Assembly: GCF_963506605.1 (NCBI RefSeq)
Contig: NC_083276.1
Coordinates: 82,522,001-82,586,000 of the forward strand
Length of the DNA: 64,000 nucleotides
Source: Zootoca vivipara
Taxonomy: Eukaryota
Direction of reading: 5' to 3'
Shown: positions 24,499 through 37,166 of the stretch, piece after piece
Layout: every line of letters starts with the position of its first letter
Position numbering within the stretch: position 1 is the stretch's first letter
Notes under the pieces: model-generated
Databases searched by the model: none
Told to the model about the DNA's origin: nothing
The model's input: only the letters and a program-made list of their open reading frames with translations
Translations under genes and position numbers: made by a program

Positions 24499-24857
24499 AG
24501 GGATGCGGGTGGCGCTGTGGGTTAAACCACTGAGCCTAGGGCTTGCCGATCAGAAGGTCGGCAGTTTGAATCCACGCAATGGGGTGAGCTCCTGTTGCTT
24601 GGTCCCAGCTCCTGCCAACCTACCGGTAGCAGTTCAAAAGCATGTCAAAGTGCAAGTAGATAAATAGGTACCACTACAGCGGGAAGGTAAACGGTGTTTC
24701 CGTATGCTGCTCTGGTTTGCCAGAAATGGCTTTGTCATGCTGGCCACATGACCTGGAAGCTGTACGCCGGCTCCCTCGGCCAATAACGCGAGATGAGCGC
24801 CGCAACCCCAGAGTCAGTCACGACTGGACCTAATGGTCAGGGGTCCCTTTACCTTTT
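24499..24857 (+). mobile_element. Sauria SINE, full length
   Basis: Head gggatgcgggtggcgctgtgggttaaacc; tail ggggtccctttacctttt. Confidence 0.9.
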
Positions 24858-24962
24858 TAACAGCAACAACCCCACCCCCACTAAACAACATCCCAGTCCA
24901 AGAGTCTGCTCAGCAGCCTCAGCTTTTGTAACTGGAGTCAAGCAAAACAAGGAACTTTTGTG

Positions 24963-26202
24963 AGAATCATAGAATCATAGAGTTGGAAGAGACCACAAGG
25001 GCCATCCAGTCCAACCCCCTGCCAAGCAGGAAACACCATCAAAGCATTCCTGACAGATGGCTGTCAAGCCTCTGCTTAAAGACCTCCAAAGAAGGAGACT
25101 CCACCACACTCCTTGGCAGCAAATTCCACTGCCGAACAGCTCTTACTGTCAGGAAGTTCTTCCTAATGTTTAGGTGGAATTTTCTTTCTTGTAGTTTGAA
25201 TCCATTGCTCCGTGTCCGCTTCTCTGGAGCAGCAGAAAACAACCTTTCTCCCTCCTCTATATGACATCCTTTTATATATTTGAACATGGTTATCATATCA
25301 CCCCTTAACCTTCTCTTCTCCAGGCTAAACATACCCAGCTCCCTAAGCCGTTCCTCATAAGGCATCGTTTCCAGGCCTTTGACCATTTTGGTTGCCCTCT
25401 TCTGGACACGTTCCAGCTTGTCAGTATCCTTCTTGAACTGTGGTGCCCAGAACTGGACACAGTACTTCAGGTGAGGTCTGACCAGAGCAGAATACAGTGG
25501 TACTATTACTTCCCTTGATCTAGATGCTATACTCCTATTGATGCAGCCCAGAATTGCATTGGCTTTTTTAGCTGCTGCATCACACTGCTGACTCATGTCA
25601 AGTTTGTGGTCTACCAAGACTCCTAGATCCTTTTCACATGTACTGCTCTCAAGCCAGGTGTCTCCCATCCTGTATTTGTGCCTTTCATTTTTTTTGCCCA
25701 AGTGTAGTACTTTACATTTCTCCTTGTTAAAATTCATCTTGTTTGCTTTGGCCCAGTTGTCTAATCTGTTAAGGTCATTCTGAAGTGTGATCCTGTCCTC
25801 TGGGGTGTTAGCCACCCCTCCCAATTTGGTGTCATCTGCAAACTTGCTCAGGATGCCCTCAAGCCCATCATCCAAGTCATTGATAAAGATGTTGAACAAG
25901 ACTGGGCCCAAGACAGAACCCTGTGGCACCCCACTAGTTACTACTCTCCAGGATGAGGAGGAGCCATTGATGAGCACCCTTTGGGTTCGGTCAGTAAGCC
26001 AGTTACAAATCCACTGAATGGTAGCATTGTCTAGCCCACATTTTACCAGCTTCTTTACAAGAATATCATGGGGCACCTTGTCAAAGGCCTTGCTGAAATC
26101 AAGATAGGCTACATCCACAGCGTCCCCTTCATCTACCAGGCTTGTAATTCTGTCAAAAAATGAGATCAGATTAGTCTGACATGACTTATTTTTCAGGAAC
26201 CC
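24963..26202 (-). mobile_element. CR1 LINE, 5'-truncated, young; RT C-terminal ORF open
   Basis: ORF 25039-26118 with [23 protein letters not shown]; CR1-type (TTCTATGA)n tail. Confidence 0.95.
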
Positions 26203-26378
26203 AAGGGGAGGCCAAGTATTTTCTGGTTAGATACACATCCCTGGAACACAGCCAGAGCGCTGACACAGCAAGAAATTAGCGTAACCTGTAAATATTAGGT
26301 AGGTTGGTATTATTCAGCTTTATTTACTTGCTTTGTTCAATTATCATCTTCGCTCTCCAGGTTCTTGATGCTGAAAAG

Positions 26379-27401
26379 ATGGACAAGCAGAATAATCGCA
26401 GTAGGGTGACAGAATTCATCTTGCTGGGATTCACTGATGACCCAAAGGTGCAGATTGCCCTCTTCTTGCTCTTTCTAGCCATCTATGTTATCACCGTGGC
26501 TGGAAGCCTCAGCCTGATTGTGCTGATCAGGACTTACTCCCACCTGCACACTCCCATGTACTTCTTCCTCTGCCACTTATCATTCACGGACCTCTGCTAT
26601 ACCTCTGCTATAGCCCCCAAGATGCTGGTGAGCTACTTGGTGGGTGATAAAACCATCTCATACGCTGGCTGTGCTGCTCAGCTGTGCTCATTTGCTGCTT
26701 TTGGGAGTACCGAGTGTTTCCTTTTGGCTGTGATGGCGTTTGACCGCTACATGGCTATTTGCAACCCACTTCTGTACTCTGCTGTTATGTCCCAAAGAGT
26801 GTGCAGCTGTCTGGTTGTAGGATCGTATGCAGCTGGTTTTGCCAACTCAGCGCTGCAGACAGTGTGTATATTCAGATTATCCTACTGTGGACACAACATC
26901 ATCAAACATTTCTTCTGTGATATCCCTAAACTTCTGGTGCTTTCCTGCTCTGAAACCTTCCTTTCAGAGTCACTGTCAGTCTTTGCATCTGGAGCAGTTG
27001 CTATGACCTCTCTTTCAGCCATTATTATCTCCTACTTCTGCATTTTATCTGCCATCCTGAAAATACACTCTATCAAGGGCAGGCACAAGGCCTTCTCCAC
27101 TTGTGCTTCTCACTTGACATCAGTGGCTCTGCTTTATGGAACGGGGACTTTTATGTATATACATCCCAACTTGAAATCTGGACTAGATGGTAATATGGTG
27201 GTTTCTGTAGTCTACACATTAGTGATACCCATGCTCAACCCCCTAATCTATAGTTTGAGAAACAAAGAGGTGAAAGAGGCCATTAGAAAAGCCACAACCA
27301 GAATGAAAGAACATCCCCCTTCCAAAAGCATTGGGGGAAATGATGGCAACCAATGTCACACCCCAAGACCGAACAACTTAAACCAAGGTAAGATTACATA
27401 G
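26379..27401 (+). CDS. Olfactory receptor, OR5-like, intact, long C-terminal tail (340 aa)
   Basis: Start MDKQNNRS after acceptor cttcgctctccAG (26360); [41 protein letters not shown]. Confidence 0.94.
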   Translation: MDKQNNRSRVTEFILLGFTDDPKVQIALFLLFLAIYVITVAGSLSLIVLIRTYSHLHTPMYFFLCHLSFTDLCYTSAIAPKMLVSYLVGDKTISYAGCAAQLCSFAAFGSTECFLLAVMAFDRYMAICNPLLYSAVMSQRVCSCLVVGSYAAGFANSALQTVCIFRLSYCGHNIIKHFFCDIPKLLVLSCSETFLSESLSVFASGAVAMTSLSAIIISYFCILSAILKIHSIKGRHKAFSTCASHLTSVALLYGTGTFMYIHPNLKSGLDGNMVVSVVYTLVIPMLNPLIYSLRNKEVKEAIRKATTRMKEHPPSKSIGGNDGNQCHTPRPNNLNQGKIT

Positions 27402-27564
27402 GGAGATACATTACCGTGCACCAGACCATTGGTTCAACTTGCTCGCTATTCTCTACTTTAACTGGTGATAGCTCTCCAGGGTTTCAGACATAGCTCTCCC
27501 TGCCCTACCTGGAGATACTGAACCTGGGACCTTCTGCATGCAAAGCACATCCTCTACCATCGAC

Positions 27565-27609
<45 letters not shown>

Positions 27610-27677
27610 TATACCCCATCCATCCGGCTGGGTTGCCCCAGCCACTCTGGACGGCTTCCAACACACATCAAAATACT

Positions 27678-27850
27678 AACTAAGTTTTTTCTTGGTATAA
27701 GCTTTCTTGTGCATGCACACTTCTTCAGATATATGATACATTTATCTGAATATGTATCTGAAGAAGTGTGCATGCACACAAAAGCTTATACCAAGAACAA
27801 ACTTAGTTGGTCTCTAAGGTGCTACTGGACATTTTTATTTTATTTTTTAT
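27678..27850. mobile_element. Penelope-like pseudo-LTR inverted pair with two degenerate hammerhead motifs
   Basis: Inverted arms ~27678-27733 / 27752-27808. The + motif has GAAA->AAAA; the - motif has stem mismatches. Confidence 0.8.
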
Positions 27851-27975
27851 ATATATTCAAACATTAATAGTAACAATCTGATCCAATATAAAAAGTCACA
27901 ATAATTTTAAAATAAACAACTTATAGAAAATAAAGCACTTTTCAATAATCCATTAGAATTACAGTTCTTCCCTCA

Positions 27976-28070
27976 ATGACAAACTTAGTTGGTCTCTAAG
28001 GTGCTACTAGAAGGATTTTTTTTATTTTGTTTCGACTACATCAGACCAACACGGCTACCTACCTGTAACT
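27976..28070 (+). mobile_element. Penelope-like terminal fragment
   Basis: Matches 6575-6620 and the reverse complement of 5995-6050. Confidence 0.75.
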
Positions 28071-29135
28071 CTGCCAATTTAAGTTTCTCATATTTCTAGT
28101 TGTCCACATTTCTACATCAGTTTGTATCTTTTAAAGTCCTCATGAAAATTCTGTAGCATTCCAGTGTGAATTTCCCCATATCTGATGTACACATATTTGA
28201 AAATCAATTTTCTCTCATGGATTTTTGTATAATGTTTTCAGTAATGATGCATTTGTAGGCATACTTTCCCCTAATATGTGCATTTTTGTACACATCACTT
28301 AACTGCATTGCAAAATTCGGAGAAGTGTAAATTTCAAGACATCAGTGTGTTTCATTGTTTCAGAAAGTGCAAATTAGATGGGTTCGCCTTTAAATGCAAA
28401 CTGAATTGTATTTCTCTCCCATCACTAGTCATGGAGATGACTTCTCCTCTCTACTTACTAGCCATGGGTGTTCCTGAGGAGGCTCCACATACTGTGCTGA
28501 CCTGCCCAAATTTCCTGCTGGACAAGAGGGCTTCAGGTGCCAAACCACTGAAGTCAGTAATGTCTATCACATCCTTTCTACTCATATTACACCTGCATTC
28601 ACTGATGCTTCAGAGTACACAATGATGACTATCTGTTCTAAAAGTGTTTGAGATGGAGTCAAAACTATTTGAATTTGGGTCTTGTGTGAAATGGGGTTTA
28701 CTAGCCCTCCTTTCCCATTCCTCCCTTCCTAAGCAAAAACAGCATAATCATGGTCAGATTATAATGGTACAATTTGAGTCACTGCTAGGGAAGTGACTCA
28801 AATTGTACCATGCCTATCTAAGGGCTAACACACTGAGCTTTATTTTTTTTAAAAATAGCTCATTCCCACCTTTCAATGTTTTTAGCCAATGAGTGAAGAC
28901 AAAACAATGATTGATAAATGATTGATGAGTTCTGTCTTGGGTCCATGGTTGTTCAACTACTGTATTTATAAATGACTTGGTTGACAGAAAGAAGGGGATG
29001 ATCATCAGGTTTGCAGATGACACCAAACTGGGAGGGGTAGCTAATGCAGCAAAGGGAAAATTGGAATTCAAGGTTACCTCAACAGATTGGAGAAGTGGGC
29101 CAAAACTAACAAGGTTGTGCACTTAGGCAGGAATA

Positions 29136-29995
29136 AAGTATTTTTTGCTCCATAGGACACACCTGACCATAGGACGCACCTAGTTTTTAGAGCAGGAAAA
29201 CAAGAAAAAAATATTTTGCTTTCTTGAATTGTCCTAGGCATAGCAGCCAACTCCTATAGGCCATAGCTGCCAAGTTCTCCCTTTTTTTAAGGGAAATTCC
29301 CTTATGCTGAATAGGCTTCCTCGTGAGAAAAGGGAAAACTTGGCAGCTATGCTATAGGCCTAAGTGCCTTTGCCCCCCCCCCCAATTAAATATTTGAGGA
29401 AGCTTCTTTTGCAAAGGGGGAAACCTCCATTTTTTTATCAGCTCAAAGTTGTGCAGCTTTTTTTGCAAATGGGAAAAGCCCTGTTTTTTTGGGGGGGGGG
29501 GTCCAGCTCACAGTTGTGCATCTTTTTTGCAAAGGGGGAAAGCTCCATTTTTAGGATCAGCTCAAAGTTGCTGAGTTTCCTTGCAAAGGGGGGGAATCCT
29601 GTTTTTATGGGGTTCAACTCACAGTTCTGCAGCTGCTTCTATAGGAAAGGAAAGGGACCCATTTCTACAGTTTCCAGACAGATAATCTAATCAGCCAGTC
29701 ACATGTCTCCCTCTGCAGACAACAATTGAGGCCTAGGCAAGGGGCTGGGAAGGGAGCTAGCTCTCTTATCTCCCTTTCCATCTCTTGCAATCAGCTGCTG
29801 AGCGGGTTCCTTTCTCTTTCCCTCTTGTTAGCCTTTAGCTCTTTCTTTAAAAAAAGAAAAAAAAAACACGATCTGCCTTTAGCCCCTGGGCAATTCGGCT
29901 CCAGGGACCATGCATTCGCTCCATAAGATGCACAGACATTTCCTCTTACTTTTTAGGAGGAAAAAAGTGCCTCTTATGGAAGGAGAAAAATATGG
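29136..29995. mobile_element. Tc2-like MITE with internal ~58-bp tandem repeats
   Basis: TA flanks; degenerate TIRs gtattttttgctccatagg / cttatggaaggagaaaaatatgg; internal repeats ~29400-29650. Confidence 0.7.
29262..29351. mobile_element. 90-bp hAT MITE
   Basis: TIR CATAGCTGCCAAGTT / AACTTGGCAGCTATG; 8-bp TSD CTATAGGC. Confidence 0.9.
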
Positions 29996-30868
29996 TAATC
30001 AGCTGCAGAAATATAAAATGGGGGAGCACCTGGCTTGCCAGTTGTGCATGTGAAAAGGATCTAGGGATCTTAGTAGACCACAAGTTTAACATGAATCTAC
30101 AGTGTGATGCGGTGGCAAAAAAAAGATAATGCTATTTTAGGCTGCATCAACAGGAGTATAGTGTCCCAATCAAGGAACATAATAGTCCCCCTCTGCTCTA
30201 CCTTGATCAAACTACACCTGGGATACTGTGTCCAGTTCTGGACAGCACAATTTAAGAAGGATATTGACAAGCTGGAATGTGTGTAACGGAGGGCGACCAC
30301 GATGATCAAGGGTCTGCAAACCAAGCATTTGGAGGAACAGTTGAGGGAATTGGGTATGCTTAGCTGAAAGAGGAGGCGGAGAGGAGATATGATAGCCATC
30401 TTCAAATATTTAAAGGGCTGTCACATGGAAGATGGAGCAAGCTTGTTTTGGTCGGAATCGGGGGATAAAAAGCCAGTTGGCTCGGCCCCAGCTGGAGCGT
30501 CTCCCCTCTCAGCCTTGCCACTGCGGAGATCCATCAGTCATCCTCCCCAATGTGCATCTGTGACTCAAGCTGCAAAGCAGGCTTGAGCACACATTACTCG
30601 GCTGTGTAAACTGCACAACAGATGATGTTTGAGGCGTGGATACAATACTAAGCTGTGCATTTATTATACATAAATCAGGACAAAGAAAACATGGCTTCTC
30701 TCCTTGCCGTTCTTCTTGGAGAGAGAGTGAAAAACAAAAGCAATACAGAGTGGATGTTCCGCTCATGCCAGCAATCTGTGCTGGAATGTAAAGAAACATG
30801 TGACATGTAACAATCCCACATATCTGCAGCAAAGGGTGGAATGGAATTCCCAACAGTTTTACCCTAAC

Positions 30869-30900
<32 letters not shown>

Positions 30901-31245
30901 CCCAAACCCTTACCCACTCATCATAGTTAAAGAGAAGAAGTGGGGGTCTGGTAGGAACATGGTTCCAAGTTCTTAGTCCCCCCCCTCCAGAAAAAAAGAA
31001 TAAACAACAAGTGCTGGACAATTCTCTGAGAAAGCAACACACACACAAACACTGAGGCAAGCAATGGGAGAGTTCACAAATTACGACTTCAGTCAAATAT
31101 TTTATGCATTTATTCATTGACTTACAAATAAATGAATACCCTAGCTTGCTTACTTTTACCAAGCTGACTCACAGAACAACAATAAATTATCCAAATTAAT
31201 ACCTAAAAGGTTAAAAGGGAAAGAGCCTCGTTTTAAAAATGAGTA

Positions 31246-31469
31246 CAGTAATCCCATAATTTATGTGCATTTAACTTGTACACATTCAGTTTTATGTGTG
31301 TGGCAATTTAAAAGAAAAAGGGGACAGAAAGCAGATGGGGTTCCAGGAAAAATTAATTTGGCAATCCCACCTGCCACTGAACACAATGGGGTTTGACTAT
31401 ACAGTACACAGTTTTGGCTTTAGGCAACGTCCCTGGAGCGTAGCCCCTGTGTAAATTGTGGACTTACTG
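31246..31469. mobile_element. Tigger-like MITE (old)
   Basis: TA-CAGTAATCCCATAATTTA...TAAATTGTGGACTTACTG-TA. Confidence 0.65.
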
Positions 31470-32114
31470 TACATGACAGGTGGTGACATTTAAAACAGCA
31501 AGAGACCATTGCTACATTCCAAAGGGCTGCCGGGGGGGGGGGTGTTCACATTTTCCTTCTAAAATAACAAAACATGCAGAACTGCCCTATTTCCAATGGA
31601 GTGGAATTACACAGTTGAGACGAAGTGCATGAAGAGGCCTGGGCAGGCTCTGTATTTATTCCCCAGTGCAGTTTGCCCCACCCCCAGAGAGGTCCTGCAC
31701 AGCAGCCCGCCTGTGATTGGCCAATTTTCAGGCAGGCTATGATCTGACCAGGTCCTGCACCCAGCACTGCTATGGGATTGTGCAGGGGGGGGGGATGGTG
31801 CCAGGCCGCAACACCACCTGCCCAATAGGGAGCAAGAGGACTTGTCAAGTGTCAGGCCTGCTTAAAGCCTTATAGCCACTTAAAATAAAAGAAAGAGAGG
31901 TTAACTTCTTTTGCTTTGTCCCTGCTTACTGATGCAGCTGTGGAGGGAATGTGGACCACCATACAAAAGTGATTTTGGCCTTCCTTCTCCCTTAAAAACA
32001 GACCTGTGTGCGATGTTGGGGATTTGGGCCAAGTCTGAGAGATACTTCTGAATGGGCTAAAGTTCTATACATTTTGATAGTACTGAGGAACAGGGAAAAA
32101 TGAACAGAGCCCAT

Positions 32115-33050
32115 TCACGGAAATCTTTTCAAGCCAAGGGCTTTGACCAGAGCCCTTTTAACTTGCTTATTCCTCAGACTGTAGATCAAAGGGTTTAGCA
32201 GGGGAGTAACAACCACATACAACATAGAAACAATTCTGTCCTGTTTGGGGGAATAGCTGGAGGTGGGGCGTACATAGGTGCCCATGGTCGCCCCATAGAA
32301 CAGGAAAACTACAGTCAAGTGGGAACCACAGGTAGAAAAGGCTTTGCTCCTTCCCTCGGCAGACTGCATGCGCAATATAGCAGAAATGATATAGGCATAA
32401 GAGATCAGAGTGACCAAGAAAGCACCAGCTCCTAAAATACCAGGCACAACAAGAAGAACCAGTTCAAAGATGTAGGTAGAGGAGCAAGAAATCGCAACCA
32501 GTGGAGGGATATCACAGTAATACTGGTTAACTTTGCTGGGCACACAGAAAGTTAATGTAAAGGTCAGCGAGGTAAGAACCAAGGCATGGATAAAGCTAGC
32601 TAGCCAGGTCCCAGCAGCCAGCTGCATACACAGCCGTGTGCTCATTATGTTTGTGTAGTGCAAGGGACTGCAGATAGCCACGTAGCGGTCATACGCCATC
32701 ACTGAGAGCAAGAAAACTTCAGTGCCCACAAAACCAATCAGAAGGAAGAGTTGTAATACACAGCCAGAAAATGATATTGTCTTGTCCTCTGACATGAAGA
32801 CCTGGAGCATCTTTGGCACAGTGACGGTTGGGGAAAGAATATCCAGGAAAGATAAATTGCTGAGGAAGAAGTACATAGGGGTCTGGAGCTGAACTTCCGT
32901 TGCTATTGCCAGGATAATTGCCCCATTCCCTGCCAGAGTGATCAAGTAGATCAGAAGAAACACCAGAAAGAGGGAAATCCGCACTTCTGGAACATCAGAA
33001 AGCTCAATCAGGTAAAATTCTTTTGTTTCTGTGATGTTGTCTTTCTCCAT
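32115..33050 (-). CDS. Olfactory receptor, class II, intact (311 aa); older relative of the tandem-array genes
   Basis: Start MEKDNIT; [39 protein letters not shown]; acceptor at 33084. Confidence 0.96.
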   Translation of the reverse strand: MEKDNITETKEFYLIELSDVPEVRISLFLVFLLIYLITLAGNGAIILAIATEVQLQTPMYFFLSNLSFLDILSPTVTVPKMLQVFMSEDKTISFSGCVLQLFLLIGFVGTEVFLLSVMAYDRYVAICSPLHYTNIMSTRLCMQLAAGTWLASFIHALVLTSLTFTLTFCVPSKVNQYYCDIPPLVAISCSSTYIFELVLLVVPGILGAGAFLVTLISYAYIISAILRMQSAEGRSKAFSTCGSHLTVVFLFYGATMGTYVRPTSSYSPKQDRIVSMLYVVVTPLLNPLIYSLRNKQVKRALVKALGLKRFP

Positions 33051-33673
33051 CTTCCTGCCAAGCGAATTAATCAATTGGAATATCTAAAATTCACAGAGAG
33101 AGAAAGTAGATTTGTTAAAGGTGTTGGAAGAAAAAGAGCAGGGATCATTCAGTTTGTAACCCAAGGGTTAATTCTATCATTAGTAAGACAGCCAACCAAG
33201 AGGAGAGGTGTAGGTGTTTTCTGGCAATGAATCAGAATGCTGTGATCGTTGCTGAGTTCTGATTTGCTGTGCTCTTCTGAATGAGTTTTCCCCCTGTGTA
33301 GTTGTATGTCTGCCTGGCATGTACTTGGCCTGAATGAAGAAACCTTTGCTTATTTCTCCTCATACTGCTCTTGTTCAGGTTACTAAGTAAAGTATTATCA
33401 GTTTCTCTTCTTTCCAGATACTACTTCTGTTACTCAAGTGGCGCTGCTAACAATAAGTAGGTCTATATCTTCCTATATACAAAAAGGTAACACTGTCGTC
33501 ATGCTGTGGTTCACATGGTTGCCACACCAACTCCTGCATGATGACACAATGACAGGCAGGTGTGTGAGAGTGAGTGTGCAAGCAGCATGAATGGGAGGTG
33601 GTCCAAGTGAGCTTCTTAAATGAGGATGAGATGTCTGTAAAATGTGACTGTGGCAATGTTTAATGGAGAGGGG

Positions 33674-34028
33674 TAAAAGGTAAAGGTAAAGGGACCCCTG
33701 ACCATTAGGTCCAGTCGTGACCGACTCTGGGGTTGCGCGCTCATCCCGCATTATTGGCCGAGGGAGCCGGCGTATAGCTTCCAGGTCATGTGGCCAGCAT
33801 GACAAAGCCGCTTCTGGCAAACCAGAGCAGCACATGGAAACGCTGTTTACCTTCCCGCTGTAGCTGTTCCTATTTATCTACTTGCATTTTGACGTGCTTT
33901 CGAACTGCTAGGTTGGCAGGAGCTGGGACCAAGCAATGGGAGCTCACCCCGTCACAGGGATTCGAACTGCCGACCTTCTGATCAGCAAGCCCTAGGCTCA
34001 GTGGTTTAACCACAGCGCCACCTGGGTC
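33674..34028 (-). mobile_element. Sauria SINE
   Basis: TSD AATGGAGAGGGG (33662-33673, 34029-34040). Confidence 0.9.
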
Positions 34029-34125
34029 AATGGAGAGGGGAGGCTTCAACAATTTGGCAAATAGCTCTGAAGCAGCTACCTCCTCTGTTAAACCTTAATG
34101 CTTTAAAGGTGGGAAACCTGTCAAG

Positions 34126-34212
34126 AATGCTTTGATGGTGTTTCCTGCTCGGCAGGGGGTTGGACTGGATGGCCCTTGTGGTCTCTTCCAACTCTATGAT
34201 TCTATGATTCTA
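34126..34212 (+). mobile_element. CR1 3' tail fragment
   Basis: Reverse complement of ~24963-25048; a weaker copy lies at ~35430-35494. Confidence 0.8.
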
Positions 34213-34820
34213 AAGCACCTCCAACCAGCCCTCCTTAAAAAGGAGTTAGGCCAGGTGTGGAGGCAGGAATTTGCAAAGAGGTTAGCAAGTAAATGGGGTT
34301 GGCGAGCAGGAGTGTTTAACTGATAGACCATTTGACTTTTAATCACATAGAACTGGTACCATACCTGTATCCCTGCCACAAACACGGCTACCAAGCAGAC
34401 CAAGAGGAACTGGCAGCTGAGTATAAGAGAGCTGCCAAAATATCAATACAGATTCCATTGAACATTATTTGAAACAAGGTCATGTTTACTTTTCACTGTG
34501 AAATAATTTACCATCTTGGCTGTCTCTTAGTGCAGACCCAGTTCATCATCCCTGAGCTTCCACAGCCACCACCCACCATGAACCACCACTGGCAGTGTTG
34601 ATATTCCTTTTTACTCTCCTTTCAGAGGGATATTTTAAAAAAAGAAATTTCCCTAACTTCAAGGGAGGTGTTGGTTGCAGAGGATTGGATAGAGAGGATC
34701 TGAAACCACCCCTTACCCAGCCCCAGTAAAACCCCAGAAAGCCCCATTTGTTTCCTCACCATTTCAGAGCACCGACAGCAGACACAGAAGCAATAGCAAG
34801 AGATCTTGCCACTGCTTCTG

Positions 34821-35190
34821 CAGACCCTCCAAGTGTCCCAATTTTCCAGAGACATTCCCGGATTTACAGAAGCTGTCCCAGTTTCTGATTGGATCCCAGA
34901 AGGTCCTGCTTTTCCTTAGGATGTCCCTGTCTTCATCGGAGAAATGTTGGAGGGTATGGAGCTATGCAACCCCCAAGCCAAGGAGATAAATAGCTATACA
35001 ACCTTTAAAATACATTGGAAAACAGTCCTGTATAGGGAAGTTTCTTAATGTTTAATGTTTTATTATGTTTTTATATATGTTGGAAGCTGTTCAGTCAGAT
35101 GGGCAGGCCATTATCATCATCAGCAGCAGCAGCAGCAGCATCATTATTTAGGGTGCCCCTGTTTTCATTGGAGAAATGTTGGAGAGTATG
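34821..35190. mobile_element. DNA-transposon MITE (hAT-like)
   Basis: CAGACCCTCCAA...TTGGAGAGTATG; CTTCTG duplicated at the flanks; internal repeat of the right end. Confidence 0.55.
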
Positions 35191-35756
35191 CTTCTGAAGG
35201 GAGCCCTCCCTGATCTCACCTCCCTCTCCACTGAAATATCTCTCTTTCTCTGATCATGCAGAGGAAGATCTGCACAATCCTATGGCATAGGAATGCAGAC
35301 TTGATGAAAATAATAGTTTCATAATGTAAACTGTATCATATACTATGTAATGTAAATTATTCTGTTCAAAATTTTAGAGACCACTGGAATGATGGGTAAT
35401 ACATTAGTACCAAAGCCTGAAAGATATTCCTGAATTGCAGGGGGTTGGACAAGATATTGGGGTCCTTTTCAACTCTACAATTGTATGATTCTATGTTATA
35501 TATATATTTCGCACAACATCTTGCTTTTAGCATTTAACACCTATATTTATTAATTTTATCAAATATACTAGTTCAACCTGGAACACAATGTTGCAATGTC
35601 CAGCCATAGCGTTCTATTCACTCCTTTCTATCTCCACCTTACCCCCAAACAGCAATTTAGCATTTCATGCTCACTGAGGAGGCTGTTTGATGGTTACCCT
35701 CCTCCTAAAGCTTTTTGCCCTGAAGATGTTGCCCAGTTCTGCAAAATTCAAGGAGT

Positions 35757-35995
35757 CAGTGGAACCTCGTTGTTGAACATAATCCATTCTGGAAGACTGT
35801 TCAATTTCTGAAACGTTCGGCAACCGAGGCGCAATGGGCTGTCAGCAATTTCCATTGAGAAAATTGAAAAACATGCAGTGGAAGCCGTTCAACTACCGAG
35901 GCGCGTTTGAAAATGGAAGCATTTACTTCCGGGTTTTCGGCGTTTGGGTTCCAAAACCTTCGGCTTCCAAGCACTCAAAAATCGAAGTTCCACTG
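35757..35995. mobile_element. Tigger/pogo-like MITE
   Basis: CAGTGGAACCTCG...CGAAGTTCCACTG. Confidence 0.65.
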
Positions 35996-37166
35996 AATAT
36001 GCCAAAGATACTATCATTTTTGGACTGCAGTCACTAAACCTACAGTATACATTCTCACAAACAGATCTAAATCTTGGGTAATGACAATATATTCAAAGCT
36101 ACTAACATTACCAAACCTACCATATATCTATACATTCCCACCCACATTTCCATTATACAGATTTTTAATTGTGAAATGGAAACTTGCCCAACATTATCAA
36201 CTGATGTCACGGTGATGTTCTGATCTTTGATCTTTAGCACACTGAATGAATACAATATGAATCCATTTTTTTAAAAAAAACAAACACAGCACTACAGACC
36301 TAAAATGTTTGACTGCCTAAGATTGCCAGTATAATGAAATCCGCCCACTTGCCTTTCTTGCTTTCCTTGTAATCTGTAGCACCACAGTAGGAGAGGGCAA
36401 TGTGAAGAACTTATGTGGAGTCAAGAGAAATGTACATCTTCTGAAGTATAATGCAGTATAAGAAATATTGCCATTGCCATTTGGCAAAAGAGGAAAATCT
36501 TCTCCTCCCTCCACCCCTGCTTTTGCCATGGGAAGAGCTGGCATTAAGACAAGTGTCTCTGGGGCATCTTGCTGTTCCTGACCTGAAGTTGCAAGTGAGA
36601 AAACCTATTTGGCCCAAATATGTTTTGAATCCTATGAGCCTGATTCAGGGTAGCTGAGTTCTCCCAAAGTTCTGGCAAATTCAAGAAGACTTAATTTAGT
36701 GATTTCCATGATTCAAGGAAGGAAGGAAGGACGGAATAGTTTACTGAGTAACATTGAGAGCATTTAGGGTTTTTAATATTATTATTTCAATTTCTAGCCT
36801 ATTATTTCATTCTATTAATGATACCAGGACAGCTTACAACATAAAACATGAATTCCATTAAAACAAAAGCAATACATTCACATATAAAATTGCAAACTAT
36901 TTGGTACATCAGATGGAATACCAGCAATTTACAGCTAGTCACATCAAGTCAAGCCCCTACAGAAATCTGACAAAGTGGTGCTGAAAAGTAGACACCGATG
37001 TCACCAGATATAAACATGGTGCCACCATGGGGGGGGGATAAACATGGTGCCAACACAAGTTACTTGCTTCACATCTCAACATAAATATAAAGAGAGGTAT
37101 TGGTTATCATCGTTAAAAAGAATTAAAAGGATAGGTACATGGAAAACAACCTTCCACTGAGCTATG

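Larger units (their letters stand above)
28929..30449 (+). mobile_element. Decayed CR1 LINE fragment interrupted by nested MITEs
   Basis: FADDTKLGG at ~29010-29037; resumes after 29996 ([17 protein letters not shown]). Confidence 0.85.

Noticed and set aside
30509-31162. 217-aa ORF / possible LTR at ~30450-31090
   Set aside because: Low-complexity translation through (GA)n; element boundaries could not be established.
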